Under the pieces are notes generated by a model. It worked only from the letters and a program-made list of their open reading frames with translations. It had not been told where the DNA came from and made no database searches. This document shows, piece by piece, positions 13,018 through 27,511 of a stretch of DNA of 64,000 bases. The stretch is from Mustelus asterias (taxonomy: Eukaryota), in assembly GCF_964213995.1 (NCBI RefSeq), contig NC_135829.1, positions 17,608,001 through 17,672,000 on the forward strand, written 5' to 3'. The position numbers were made by a program, and so were the translations under genes. Within the stretch, counting starts at the first letter, position 1, and each line of letters opens with the position of its first letter.

Positions 13018-13329
13018 CTGTGGTACTGAAGGAGTGCTGCACTGCTTGAGATGCAGTCTTACACATGAGGCATTAAAGAGAGGCCTCATCTGCTCTCGGG
13101 TGAATGCCGAAGATTTCCATGCCTCTATTTTGGAGAATAGCACATCTTTAACCACAAGAACACAACATAAGCAAAAGAAATAGGAGCAGGAGTAGGCCAT
13201 TCGGCCCCTCGAGCCTGTTCCCCCATTCAATAAGATCATGGCCAATCTGATTGTGGCTTTAACTCAATTTATAGACTGCCCTATAACCCTTGATTCCTTT
13301 TGTCTATCACAATTTTCTCTAGCTCAGTA

Positions 13330-13617
13330 AAAGTTCATTTATTAGTGTCACAAGTAGGCTTATATTAACACTGTTACTGTGAACATCCCCTAGTCGCCAC
13401 ACTCTGGCGCCTGTTCGGGTACACTGAGGGAGAATTTAGCACGGCCAATACACCCTAACCAGCACGTCTTTCGCACTGTGGGAAGAAACCGGAGCACTTG
13501 GAGGAAACCCACCCAGACACGGGGGGAATGTGCAGACTCCGCACAGGCAGTGACCCAAGCCGGGAATCGAGGCGCTGTGAGGCAGCAGTGCTAACCACTG
13601 TGCCACCGTGTCGCCCA
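13330..13617 (-). mobile_element. V-SINE, tail B
   Basis: Reverse SINE copy. Confidence 0.85.
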
Positions 13618-13732
13618 ATAGTGAATGTATTTAGTCACGCAGATCCCCCTGCTCTCTGGGGAAGAGAATTCCTAGTGATTAACGACTCCCTGAGAGAAGA
13701 TATTTCTCCTCCATCTCCATCTTAATCTCCTC

Positions 13733-16594
13733 CTGGAGGTCTGGAGTGCTTATACTTCAATGCAAGGAGCGTAGCAGGTAAGACAGACGAACATAGGGCC
13801 TTAATGCTCACGAGGAATTTGGATGTGGTTGCGGTGACAGAGACTTGGTTGAAAGAGGGACAAGACTGGCAGCTGAATATTCCAGGGTACAAGTGTTTTA
13901 GGCGAGACCGAGGAGGGGCCAAAAGAGGTGGGGGAGTAGCTGTATTAGTTGGAGAGCATATTACAGCGGTGCAGAGGGAGGACAATTCAGAGGGGTCGTG
14001 TAACGAGTCACTGGGTGGAGCTTAGAAACAGGAAGGGCGCAGTCACTATGTTGGGGGTGTACTACAGGCCCCCCAACAGCCCAAGGGAAGTGGAAGAACG
14101 GATATGTCAGGAGATACTGGATAGGTGCAGGAAAAATAGGGTTGTTGTGGTGGGAGACTTCAATTTCCCTGGTATAGACTGGAAATCGCTGAGAGCTGGG
14201 ACTCTGAATGGGGAGGAATTTGTAAAATGCGTACAGGAGGGTTCTTTGGAACAATATATAGATAGCCCGACTAGAGAGGGGGCTATACTGGACCTAGTAC
14301 TGGGGAATGAGCCCGGTCAGGTCTTCAAAGTTTCGGTAGGGGAACATGTGGCAAATAGTGACCACAATTCTGTTAGCTTTAGGATAGTGATGGAGAAGGA
14401 TGAGTGGTGTCCCAAGGGTAAGGTGTTGGATTGGGGGAAGGCTAACTTTAATGGGATTAGACAGAAATTGGCAGCTCTTGATTGGGAGAGGCTGTTTGAG
14501 GGTAAATCCACATCTGGCATGTGGGAGTCTTTTAAGGAACAGTTGTTAGGGCTGCAGGACAGGCATGTGCCTGTCAAAAAGAAGGATAGGAAGGGTAGGA
14601 TTCGAGAACCGTGGATAACCAGGGAAATTGAGGGACTGGTCAAAAAGAAAAGAGAGGCGTATGTTAGGTCCAGGCAGCTAAAAACGGAGGGAGCTCTGGA
14701 GGAGTACAAAGAAAGTAGGAAAGAACTCAAACGGGGAATTAGAAGGGCAAAAAAGGGTCACAAAATGTTCTTGGCAGACAGGATTAAGGAGAATCCCAAG
14801 GCATTTTATTCATACGTTAGGAACAAAAGGGTTGTCAGGGAAAAAATCGGACGGACCTCTCAGGGACAAAAGTGGGGAATTATGCTTGGAGCCCAAAGAA
14901 GTAGGGGAAATCCTAAATGAATACTTTGCGTCGGTATTCACAAAGGAGAGGGATGTGTTGACTGGGAGTGTCTCGGAGGGGAGTGTTGAACCGTTGGAGA
15001 AAATCTCCATTACAAGGGAGGAAGTGTTAGGTTTGTTAGAGAATATAAAGACTGACAAATCCCCAGGGCCTGATGGAATCTATCCAAGGCTGCTCAGGGA
15101 GACGAGAGATGAAATCGCTGGGCCTCTGACGCAAATCTTTGTCTCGTCACTGGACGCAGGTGAGGTCCCAGAGGATTGGAGGATAGCTAATGTGATCCCG
15201 TTATTTAAGAAGGGTAGGAAGGATAACCCGGGTAATTATAGGCCGGTGAGCTTGACGTCCGTGGTGGGGAAGTTGTTGGAGAAGATTCTTAGAGATAGGA
15301 TGTATGCGCATTTAGAAAGGAATAAACTCATTAACGATAGTCAGCATGGTTTTGTGAGAGGGAGGTCATGCCTCACTAACCTGGTGGAGTTTTTTGAAGA
15401 AGTGACCAGAATGGTTGACGAGGGAAGGGCCGTGGATGTCGTCTATATGGACTTTAGTAAAGCGTTTGACAATGTCCCTCATGGTAGGCTGGTGAAAAAG
15501 GTTGGATCTCTTGGGATAAAGGGGGAGGTGGCTAGATGGGTGGAGAACTGGCTTGGTCACAGAAGACAGAGGGTGGTAGTGGAAGGGTCTTTTTCCGGCT
15601 GGAGGCATGTGACTAGTGGTGTTCCGCAGGGCTCTGTATTGGGACCTCTGCTGTTTGTGATTTATATAAACGATCTGGAAGAAGGTGTAACTGGGGTGAT
15701 CAGTAAGTTTGCAGACGACACAAAATTGGCAGGACTTGCAGATAGTGAGGAGCATTGTCAGAAGCTACAGAAGGATATAGATAGGCTGGAAATTTGGGCA
15801 AAGAAATGGCAGATGGAGTTCAATCCTGATAAATGCGAAGTGATGCATTTTGGTAGAAATAATGTAGGGAGGAGCTATGCGATAAATGGCAGAACCATAA
15901 AGGGTGTAGATATGCAGAGGGACCTGGGTGTGCAAGTCCACAGATCCTTGAAGGTGACGTCACAGGTGGTGAAGAAGGCATATGGCATGCTTGCCTTTAT
16001 AGACGGGGCATAGAGTATAAAAGTTGGGGTCTGATGTTGCAGATGTATAGAACGTTGGTTCGGCCGCATCTGGAATACTGCGTCCAGTTCTGGTCGCCAC
16101 ACTACCAGAAGGACGTGGAGGCTTTGGAGAGAGTACAGAGGAGGTTTATCAGGATGTTGCCTGGTATGGAGGGGCTTAGTTATGAGGAGAGATTGGGTAA
16201 ACTGGGGTTGTTCTCCCTGGAAAGACGGAGGATGAGGGGAGACTTAATAGAGGTGTATAAAATTATGAAAGGCATAGATAGGGTGAACGGTGGGAAGCTT
16301 TTCCCCAGGTCGGTGGTGACGTTCACGAGGGGTCATAGGTTCAAGGTGAAGGGGGGGAGGTTTAACACAGATATCAGAAAGACATATTTTACACAGAGGG
16401 TGGTGGGGGCCTGGAATGCGCTGCCAGGCAAGGTGGTGGAGGTGGACACACTGGGAATGTTTAAGACTTATCTAGACAGCCATATGAACGGAGTGGGAAT
16501 GGAGGGATACAAAAGAATGGTCTAGTTTGGACCAGGGAGCGGCACGGGCTTGGAGGGCCGAAGGGCCTGTTCCTGTGCTGTACTGTTCTTTGTT
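13733..16594 (+). mobile_element. CR1 LINE, near-complete ORF2 (APE endonuclease + RT), frameshifted
   Basis: APE motifs VAVTETWL, GDFNF, SDHN; RT motifs [23 protein letters not shown]; ORF broken into four pieces; 3' tail tgttctttgtt; 21-bp flanking duplication. Confidence 0.95.
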
Positions 16595-17272
16595 CATCTC
16601 CATTTTAATCTCCTCATCTCCATCTTAAATACCTGGTGGGTAGTTTTGCTCAGTGTAGCTGGCTGGTCACAACCTGCAGAGGTGACAAGTCATTCAGGAC
16701 TCCAGCATCTAATGACCAACCACTCTCCCTCCTATGAGTGTCTTCCGAGGACAGGGCCAAGCTCTGCATTGTACCTGCTGCCCATAGTTGGATAAACTGC
16801 ACGTTGCAAATTACACAGAGAATGGCAATTTGAATGAGGGGTATTATTCATTAACTGCCTTGATGTAAATTTGTTTGCCTTGAAGAATGATTGGGGGACA
16901 ATTTCTCTCTCCACCTGTGCAGAAATTCCAGATGATGCCAGCCAATATGAAACCTGAGGTTTTATTTTAATACTAATGTTATTGCCGCCTGTATTTTGCT
17001 TTGTATCCCCACAATAGTAATCCTTTCCAAGTTGCATTCTAACAGTCCAGATTGACATCCAGCTGTTTGAGGCCGCAGTTGGAAGGATAGGAATGCTGCT
17101 TTGTTGCTGTCCCACAGTGTAGCTGCTGTAAAATTTTATTGGTCCACCAAGTAATTGGCACAATTTGAAGATGTTTTATCGTCTGTTTTACCCTGTTCTT
17201 ATCGGCAGGGCCTTGCCCAGCTCGTTGAGTAATCTTTGAAATTCAAATAACCGCTAGAATTGAAATGTTTGA

Positions 17273-17440
<168 letters not shown>

Positions 17441-17619
17441 GACTGCGGATTGATTGAGGCCCAGGTTCGTGTTTGAGTGAAAAATAGAAGTTTATTAAAA
17501 ATCCAGGTGACTGCAGAACCTTCAATATAGAGTTGGAGGAGCCAGACGTCATCCAACCACCTTGTACACTTCCGCACATCAATTGTATATGCACTAGAAA
17601 TTGCCAGATGGGTTTTTAC

Positions 17620-17632
17620 AATAAAGAATAAA
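17620..17632 (+). terminator. PSMA4 polyadenylation signals
   Basis: Two AATAAA (17620-17625, 17627-17632) about 180 nt after the stop, followed by a T/GT-rich tract. Confidence 0.8.
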
Positions 17633-18737
17633 GACAAAAAAAATGTATTTCTGATGTTTATTTTGGGGGTGGCACGGTGAGTGGGATTGTCGTCGGTGCA
17701 GGCTCGATGGGCCGAATGGCCTCCGGGATTCTATGATAAACTGTGAGCCATTTGAAGACACAAGTGTTCGACCAGACCTTGTACAAGAGTCATTACGTGA
17801 CCAGATGGGGTAGAGTCCTCTATTGGCAGTTGGATACATTGGGCTGGTGCTAGTGGGAGGATTATCAGACTTGCTCTCGATGCTATGCAGTGTAGGAGTT
17901 AATGGCAGCCTCGCAGGAAGGCCCAGGCAGCAGGAATGTGTGAATGGCGCAGAGTGCAATGGGCTTGACAATAGCACCAAGTGAGACCTCACCCAGGAGG
18001 CAGTGAATCAGTATTCCATTGTGAGTTATATTATTAGCTTGATGTTCAACCCACCATGCCAAGTATCTCTCACTTCGTGGAAAAGCCCCTTACTCTCCTG
18101 TTTCATTTTCCAAATCCCTCCAGAAGAAGAGTATGTGTTGTCCACTCTGAATCGATTTGATTTGATTTCCTATTGTCACGTGTATTAGTATACAGTGAAA
18201 AGTATTGTTTCTTGCGCACTATACAGCCAAAGCATACCGTTCATAGAGAAGAAACGGAGAGAGTGCAGAATGTAGTGTTACAGTCATAGCTCGGGTGTAG
18301 AGAAAGAATCGAGTAACCCCACCCCAAAAGTGAGTTGTAACCATTGCAGCCTGGGAGAAGGTGAATTGAAATACTCTGTGCATGTATCACTCCTGACATG
18401 TGGGTTCTGGATACCCAATGTTACAGTAGCTTCCAAACCAAGATGTGGAACAGAAGAGCTCTGAAGAACAACCTATTGGCTGAGTCACAAGATGTCATGC
18501 ATGATGGATACTGTCCAACTGTATTGCCTCAGTGACAGCATGAGAGATCTTTGTGTCCACTTCACCAGCAGTACCTGACACAAAAGTGTTCAGAAACTTT
18601 CACTTTTAAATAATGCTTCAAATCCAGAAAAACAACAGAGAAATGCCGGAAGAGCTGTATACTAAATTAACCTTTTCTCTGGTCGTGCTCTCTGTTTTAT
18701 CAGTGGTATTTCCCTCGTTAGCCATTAATTAATGGCT

Positions 18738-18756
18738 GCAGCCACTAGGTGGCACA
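18738..18756 (+). promoter_or_regulatory. CTCF-binding motif candidate
   Basis: gcagCCACTAGGTGGCac matches the CTCF core CCACYAGRKGGC; no repeat recognised around it. Confidence 0.6.
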
Positions 18757-19256
18757 ACTCCTCTGTAAGACCGCTCTCACACTGACCAATTGGCAGAGCA
18801 TGTCAGCCCCAGTACTGCTTAATAAGGGTGGTGGAGCTTACAACTAGAGATTGAAGTGGTTTTGAGCCCCCCCCCCCCCCCCCGCCCCCGCCAATGCTGA
18901 TGCCCTCTGTTTACCCAGTACAAGGGGAGGGATCCAGCTGTAGTTCCCTGAGGCCAGACCAAGGCCCACTTTTAAAGCCACAAAGGAAATAAATGCAGCA
19001 ATGAGCAAGATTGAAAGAATAGATTTGCAAGGATTTGATGTGGTTCACAGGTGCCCCCTTGTGGAGAAACAGACGGTGAGGTCAGAGTCACCTGGGAAGG
19101 CTAGACATGTAGGAACCAGGTGCTGCCTGTACTACACACTCCTTCTCTATCTATTCTATGAACGGTATGCTTTTTTTGTCTGTATAGTGTGGAAGAAACG
19201 ATACTCTTCACTGTGACAAATCAAAATCATGTCCCAGGCCTCAAACCAGGGAGTGT

Positions 19257-21857
19257 CACAGAGATTTACAACATGGAAACAGGCCCTCCGACCCAACTTG
19301 TCCATGCCACCCAGTTTTTACCACTAAGCTAGTCCCAATTGCCCGCATTTGACCCATATCCCTCTATACCCATTTTACCATGCAACTGTCTAAATGCTTT
19401 TTAAAAGACAAAATTGTACCCGCCTCTAACACTGCTTCTGGCACCTCGTTCCAGACATTCTCCACCCTCTGAGTGAAAAAATTGCCTTTCTGGTCCCTTT
19501 TGTGTCTCTCCTCTCACCTTAAACCTATGCCCTCTAGTTTTAGTCTCCACTACCTTTGCAGAAAAGATATTGACTATCTAGCTGATCTATGCCCCTCATT
19601 ATTTTATAGACCTCTATAAGGTCACCCCTAAGCCTCCTACGCTGCAGAGAAAAAAGTCCCAGTCTATTCAGCCTCTCATAACTCAAACCATCAAGTCCCG
19701 GTAGCATCCTAGTAAATCTTTTCTGCACTCTTTCTAGTTTAATAATATTCTTTCTATAATAGGGTGACCAGAATTGCACACAGTATTCCAAGTGTGGCCT
19801 TACCAATGTTTTGTATAACTTCAACAAGACGTCCCAACTCCTGTATTCAATGTTCTAACCAATGAAACCAAGCATGCTGAATGCTGTCTTCACTACCTTG
19901 TCCACCTGTGACTCTACTTTCAAGGAGCTATGAACCTGTACCCTTGGATCTCTTTGTACTATAACTCTCCCCAACACCTTACCATTAACTGAGTAAGTCC
20001 TGCCCTGGTTCAATCTACCAAAATGCATCATCTCGCATTTATCTAAATTAAACTCCATCTGCCATTCATTGGCCCACCGGCCCAATTGATCCTAGATCAC
20101 CTTCACTGCCCACTATGCCACCAATCTTGGTGTCATCTGCAAACTTACTAACCATGCCTCCTAAATTCTCGTCCAAATCATCAATATAAATAACAAATAG
20201 TGGGCTCAGCACCGATCCCTGAGGCACACCGCTGGTCACAGGCCTCCAGTTTAAAAAACAACCCTCTACAATCACCCTCTGTCTTATGTCATCAAGCCAA
20301 TTTTGTATCCAATTGGCTACCTCATTCTGGATCCTGAGAGATTTAACTTTATGCAACAACCTACCATGCGGTACCTTGTCAAAGGCCTTGCTAAAGTCTT
20401 GTGTAGACAACGTCGACTGCACTGCCCTCATTTACCTTCTTGGTTACCCCTTCAAAAAATTCAATCAAATTTGTGAGACATGATTTTCCACTCACAAAGC
20501 CTTGCTGACTATCCCGAATCAGTCCTTGTGTTTCCAAATGCCTGTAGATCCTGTCTCTCAGAATACCTTCCAACAACTTACCCACCACAGATATGAGGCT
20601 CACCGGTCTGTAGTTCCCAGGCTTTTCCATGCAGCCCTTCTCGAACAAAGGCACAACATTTGCCACCCTCCAATCTTCAAGCACCTCACCTGTGACTATC
20701 GATGATTCAAATATCTCTGCTAGGGGACCCGCAATTTCCTCCCTAGCCTCCCACAGTGTCCTGGGATACACTTCATCAGGTCCCAGGGATTTATCTACCT
20801 GGATGCGCTTTAAGACTTCCAGCACCTCCTTCTCTGTTATATGTACACTCCTCAAGACATCACTATTTAATTCCCCAAATTCCCTAACATCCATGCTTTT
20901 CTCAACAGTAAATACCAATGAGAAATATTCATTTAGGATCTGACCTATCTCTTGTGGATCTGCACATAGATGACCTTGTTGATCCTTAAGAAGCCCTACT
21001 CTCTCCCTAGTTACTCTTTTGCCCTTTATGTATTTCACAGAATCCCTACAGTGCAAAAGGAGGCCATTCGGTTCATCGAGTCTGCACCGACCACTATTCC
21101 ACCCAGGCCCTATTCCCATAACCCCTCATATTTACCCCGCTAATCCTCCTGACACTAGGGTTAATTTAGCATAGTCAATCAACCTAAGCTGCACATCTTT
21201 GGACTGTGGGAGGAAACCCATGCAGACATGGGGAGAATGTGCAAACTCCACACAGGCTGGAATTGAATGTGGGTCTCTGGCGCAATGAGGCCACAGTGCT
21301 AACCACAGTGCAACTCTTTGGATTCTCCTTTGCCTTATCTGCCAAAGCAATCTCGTGTCCCTTTTTGCCCTCCTTTCTCTCTTAACTACTCCTACACCCC
21401 CTATACTCTTCAAGGGATCCACTTGATCCCAGCTGCCTATGCATGTCATGTGCCTCCTTCTTCTTGACCAGGGCCTCAATATCCAGAGTCATCCAGTGTT
21501 CCCTACTTCTACCAGCCTTGCCCTTCACTCAAGGAATGTGCTTACCTTGAATCCTGGTTAACACGCTTTCGAAAGTTTCCCACTTACCAGATGTCCCTTT
21601 GCCTGCCAACAGACTCCCCCAATCAACTTTTGTAAGTTCCTGTCTAATACCACCAAAATTGGCCTTGCCCCAATTTAGAATTTTAACTTTTGGGCCAGGC
21701 CTATCATTCTCCACAGCTATCTTAAAACTAATGGAATTAAGAGGTCACTGGTCCCAAAGTGATCCCTCACTAACACTTCTGTCACCTGCCCTTCCTTATT
21801 TCCCAAGCGGAGGTCAGGTTTTGCCCCCTCTCTAGTCGGGCCACCCACATACTGAAT
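19257..21857 (-). mobile_element. CR1 LINE (end of APE, RT, 3' end), degraded, with V-SINE inserted at ~21037-21313
   Basis: ORF pieces 19540-21714 with [37 protein letters not shown]. Confidence 0.92.
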
Positions 21858-21944
21858 GGAGGGTTCAGGGTGAATAATATTCAGGCAAGTTGTGCAATGT
21901 TATACAGTTTATTGGATTTCTCATCATTTTCAGTCAGCCTACAG

Positions 21945-22250
21945 GGGTGGCACAGTGGTTAGCACTGCTGCCTCACAGCGCCAGGGACCCGGGTTCGATT
22001 CCCGGCTTGGGTCACTGTCTGTGTGGAGTCTGCACGTTCTCCCTGTGTCTGCGTGGGTTTCCTCCAGATGCTCTGGTTTCCTCCCACAGTCCGAAAGACG
22101 TGCTGGTTAGGTGCATTCAGCCGTGCTAAATTCTCCCTCAGTGTACCCAAACAGGGGCCGGAGTGTGGCGACTAGGGGATTTTCACAGTAACTTCATTGC
22201 AGTGTTAATGTTAGCCTACTTGTGACTAGTAAAGAAAAATAAATAAAATA
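21945..22250 (+). mobile_element. V-SINE, tail B
   Basis: SINE consensus. Confidence 0.85.
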
Positions 22251-23409
22251 CTCTACCACCACATTTAATTTCATTGTGAGGTTTTTTATATAGAGAAATC
22301 TGTAAAGAACTCATGAGAAAATAAGAACTACTTTTAATCTTTACAGCTGCACTTGGTGGTTTTGAGGGAAGATTTGAGAGACCCATTATAGTTCCCACTG
22401 TGTTAACATTCCTTTCTCCCAGGTCTGTTTCCTGACCAATGCTTCTTTAAAATGTAATTGCAGCATGCAGGGGCTGTTCTTGTGTGTGCGTGTGTGTGGT
22501 CTCTCATAAGTGGCTGCAGACACATGTTATTTATCACTGAGTAAGGCCTGCGTGGTATCTTTAAGGATACTGCACGCGTAACTTAGTGGGACTGGTGTTG
22601 CTGAACCGGGTCCAAAGTTTAAAACTTGTTACACCGCTTAAACTTTGTCCACTTCTCAAAGAAGGTCAGCGACCTGAAACATTAACCCTTCCTGCCAGAC
22701 CTGCCGAGCAATGTCATTTGCAAAACATAAACACTCTATTCCTTCATCCAGCGCTGATATGGTGAGAAGCTGTGTCCCCCATCCCCCCCGGTATAGATCT
22801 CTGGGAACATCCACAGCATATCTTACCAGTCAGGTCATATTCCCTTTCTCGCCATTTTCTGTTTCTTGCCTCCCACCCAATCATTGTGGCATGTCACAGT
22901 GTCTCCTTCAATTCCAAGTACTTTTATTTTTACTAATAATCTGTCTTGTGGGGTTGTCAAAATGCCTCCAAAAAATCCATATCGACAACGTCCATAGACA
23001 CCTGATGGAAGATTGTTGATCTGAAACTTGAAGTGAGTTTTTCTCTCTCCGCAGGCGCTGCCTGACCTGCCGAGTATTTCCAGCATGTTCTGCTTTTTCA
23101 CTTTCCAGCATCTGTGTTTTTTCTGTTCCAGGGACACCCTGGTCTGCTACAATTGTGATCTCAACAAGATTAGTCATTCACAACTTGCTGCCCTTCCCGA
23201 CACCACAAAAATAGCTGCACTTCCCTTTTTTTGTCTCAGTACAACTGGCTGGATTTTGTTATTTTCAGATATTATTTCACAGGATGTGGGTGTCGATGGG
23301 CAACATCTATTACTCCTCCTTAATTGGCCTTGAGAAGGTGATGGTGAGCTGTCTTCTTGAACTGCTGCAGGCCACGGGTGTAGGTTCACCCACTATGCTG
23401 TTTGTCGTT

Positions 23410-23979
23410 TATTTATTAGTGTCACAAGTAGGCTTACATTAACACTGCAATGAAGTTACTGTGAAAATCCCCTAGTCGCCACACTCCAGCGCCTGTTTGG
23501 GTACAGCGAGGGGGAATTTTAGCCTGGCCAATGCACCTAACCAGCACGTCTTTCGAACTGTGGGAGGAAACCAGAATATCCGGAGGAAACCCACGCAGAC
23601 ACTGGGAGAGCATGCAGCCTCCGCACACGAATGGAATTCCAGGGTTTTGACCCAGTGACAATGAAGGAATCATAGAATCCCTACAGTGCAGAAGGAGGCC
23701 ATTCGGTCCATCGAGTCTCCACCAACAATAATTCCACCCAGGCCCTATCCCCATAACCCCATGTATTTACCCTGCTAATCCCCCTGACACTAAGGGGCAA
23801 TTTACCATTGCCAATCCACCTAACCTGCACGTCTTTGGACTGTGGGAGGAAACCGGAGCACCCAGAGGAAACCCACGCAGACATGGGGAGAACGTGCAAA
23901 TACCGCACAGATAATGACCCAAGACCAGAATTGAACTTGGGTCCCTGGCATTGTGAGACAGCAGTGCTAACCACTGTGT
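23410..23979 (-). mobile_element. Two adjacent V-SINEs (tail B truncated; tail A)
   Basis: Reverse SINE copies at ~23410-23630 and ~23667-23979. Confidence 0.8.
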
Positions 23980-24789
23980 CAGGGTCGGTGATTACAGTTC
24001 CAAGTTAGGAAGTGTGTGTCTTGGAGAACTTTCAAGTGGTGGTGTTTGTTATTATCTGCTGCCCTTGTTCTTCTAGGTGGTAGAGGTTGCAGATTTGGAA
24101 AGCATTGTCAAAGGAGCCTTGATGAGTTTGTGCAGTGCATTTTGTAGACGGTACGCACTGCTGCCATTGCACATTGGCACTGGAGGGAGCGAATATTCAA
24201 GGTGGCGAATGGAGTGTCAATCAAGTGGATTGCTTTGTCCTGGATGATGTCAAGCTTCAAGTGTTGTTGGGAGCTGCACTCATCCAGGCAAATGGAGAGT
24301 ATTCCATCACACTCCTGACTTGTTGGTGGTGGACAGGCTTTGGGAATCAAGAAGTGAGTGACTCATTGCAGAATTCCCAAACTCTGCCCTGTCCCTCGAG
24401 CGCCTTCGCTTTGATTGAGCTTGTAGGAACCTGATTTTTCTTTATTATTTATTCATGGGATGTGGGAGTCACTGACAAAGCCAGCATTTGTTGCTAATCC
24501 CAATTGCCCTTGAAAGCTATTATAAGTCTAACACATTGCTCTGGGTCTGGAGTCACATGTGGGCCAGACCAGGTAAGGATGGCAGATTTCCTTCCCTAAG
24601 AGACATTAATAATCCAGGTGGGTTTTTATGACAATTTACTGAGACTTAGCTTTCGATTTGAACCCATTTCTCGAGGCCATTAACCTGGGCCTTTGGTCTT
24701 GTGACATTATCGTTATGCCACAGTTTCCCCTTCTATTTACAGATAATAATGAGACTCTAATCTGATTCAGCTGGGCTGCCAAGTGGGAT

Positions 24790-25112
24790 CATACAATTCA
24801 TACAGTGCAGAAGGAGGCCATTTAGCCCATCGGGTCTGCAGTGACTTGCTGACAGAGCATTTTTACCTGTAACTCCATGCGGTTACTATGGCTAATCCCC
24901 CTAACCTCCACATCTTTGGACACGAAGGGGCAATTTAGCCAATCCTCCTAACCTGCACAACTTTGGACTGTGGGAGGAAACTGGAGCACCCGGAGGAAAC
25001 CCACGCAGACAGGGGGAGAACGTGCAAACTCCACACAGTCACCCGAGACTGGAATCGAACCCGGGTCCCTGGGGTTGTGAGGCAGCAGCGCTAACCACTG
25101 TGCCACTGCGCC
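24790..25112 (-). mobile_element. V-SINE
   Basis: Reverse SINE copy. Confidence 0.8.
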
Positions 25113-25255
25113 GAAGGAAGGGATTTTCACAGCAACTTCATTGCGATGTTAATGTATGCCTACTTGTGACACTAATAAATAAACTTTAAACTTAAATCTG
25201 GCATTCGAGTGAGAAAAAGCTGACAGGGATTTTAGTTATGCCATGGCCCAGTTTC

Positions 25256-25945
25256 CATAAGACCATAAGCTATAGGAGCAGAATTAGGCCATTCGGCCCG
25301 TCGAGTCTGCTCCGCCATTCAATCAAGGCTGATATGATTCTCATCCCCATTCTCCTGCCTTCTCCCCGTAACCCTCGATCCCCTTATTGATCAAGAACTT
25401 AACCATCTCTGTCTTAAAGACACTCAATGACCTGGCCTCCATAGCCCTCTCTGGCAATGAGTTCCACAGATTTACCACCTTTTGGCTGAAGAAATTCCTC
25501 CTCATCTCAGTTTTAAAGGAGCGTCCCTTCACTCTGAGTTTGCGCCCTCGAGTTCTAGTCTCCCCCACTAGTGGAAACATCCTCTCCACATCCACTCAGC
25601 TAGGCCTCTCAGTATTCTGTAAGTTTCAATTAGAGCCCCCGTCATCCTTCTAAACTCCATCGAGTATAGACCCAGCCTCCTCAACCTCTCCTCATATGAC
25701 AAACCCTCCATTCCTGGGATCATTCTCGTGAACCTCCTCTGGACCCCCCTTCCAAGGCCAGCACGCCATTCCTTAGGTATGGGACCCAAAACTGCTCACA
25801 ATATTCCAAATGGGGTCTGATCAGAGCCTTATACTGCCTCAGAAGTACATCCCTGCTCTTGTATTCTGGCCCTCTAGAAATGAATGCTAACATTGAATTT
25901 GCCTTGCTAACTGCCAACCGAACCTGCACGTTAACCTTAAGAGAG
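25256..25945 (-). mobile_element. CR1 LINE 3' fragment
   Basis: ORF pieces RPHLEYCEQFW, LSYEERLRRLGLYS, RNFFSQKVVNLWNSLP. Confidence 0.9.
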
Positions 25946-27167
25946 TCCTATCCCGGTAACCCCACACATTTGCCACGGCTAATCCATCCGTCAGATAGGC
26001 TGAGTTAAAATTTGGCATTGTGAGACATGGCATCATATGGATTGACGAAGCATTCTTTACCATTTGCAACCAGCGGCCAATCTTTTTAAACCTGTGGTGT
26101 TTCTGTTCTTTTAAAAAATATTATCCTTAAACAATTCCACACTCAAGTTAGAAAAAAAATCAAAAATCTTGGACATAATAATTTGTTTTGTGATATTAAT
26201 CTGGGACATTAGTACCATCTGCGTTTATATTAATTTGTTACAGAACAGCTCAAGAATAGTTTCTTCCCTGCTGCCGTCAGACTTTTGAATGGACGTACCC
26301 TGCATTAAGTTGATCTTTCTCTACACCTTAGCTATGACTGTAACACTACATTCTGCACCCTCTCCTTCCCTTCTCTATGAACGGTATGCTTTGTCTGTAT
26401 AGCGCACAAGAAACAATACTTTTCACTGTATACAAATGTGACAATAATAAAATCAAATCAGAATGGCAGCAGTCTGGGCAGTCTGCCCCGTACCACTGCT
26501 AAGTTTACAGATGGGTGTCCTTAGAGAAGGAGCGTGCAGTGTCTTTCTGCTCGATCATCGCCTTCCATGCCCAGTGGGCACAAAGGGGCTGGAGTATTTT
26601 ATCAACCCCTTTAATCACATTTTGTTTCGATGTTTTAAGTTTCCTTTGCAGTTCTATTCCTTCGAGTTGTTGTGGTATTTCCTCAATCCAACTAGAAACA
26701 ATGTGCTGTGCTCCATCCACACCCCCCCACCCCCCCCCCCCCACCCCCTGCCCATCAGCAGGACGGTTCCCTTTTCAGATAACTCTGCATTTCGAAGAAA
26801 TTGCTCTGAGAGACACTTTGGTTCCTTCTATCAGCTCCTCATTCACATTTTTTCCTTCGAAACTTGAATCAGAAGAAAATTCCAGTGAATGTGACAAATA
26901 ATTAACGGACTCGAGTTTAATTCATTCCAATCTCCCACCCACCCAAAGGAAATGTACCAACAACCTAGGAATTACTGGTGAACAATGTGTAATACCACCT
27001 CAGGGGTGTTTACTGACCACAGCAGATGTTAATTACGGAGTAAACCAAGCCCCAGAGGGAAACTTGGCTCACAGGCCATAACCTTTTTTTTGGTATTCCA
27101 AAAATAAGAAGTCCAATAACACTTTCAGTATTTGTTTTAAAAAGCAAAATATTTGTTAACAAGAAGG

Positions 27168-27511
27168 ATAGAATCTCTACAGCGCAGAAGAAAAGCCACT
27201 CGGCCCATTGAGTCTGCACCAACTCTCTGACAGAGTATCTTACCCAGGCCCTTTCCCCCACCCGATTCCCAGAACCTCACACATTTGCCATGGTTAATTC
27301 ATATAACCTAAACATCTTTCGACATTAAGGAACAATTTAGCATGGCCAGTCAACCTAACCTGCACATTCTTGGACTGTGGGATGAAACCGAAGCCCCAGA
27401 GGAAACCCAGGTCAACATGGGGAGAAAACTCCACACAGACAGTGACCTGAGGCCAGAATTGAACCTGGGTCCCTGACGCTGTGAGGCATTAATGCTAACC
27501 ACTGTGCCACC
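27168..27511 (-). mobile_element. V-SINE
   Basis: Diverged reverse SINE copy. Confidence 0.8.

Noticed and set aside
13733-16594. Active autonomous LINE or domesticated RT gene
   Set aside because: No ORF1, 5' truncated, and ORF2 is interrupted about three times.
23420-23520. Twister-like ribozyme in the reverse strand of SINE tail B (taacactgcaatg...)
   Set aside because: Only superficial similarity; I could not form the P4 stem or the pseudoknots.
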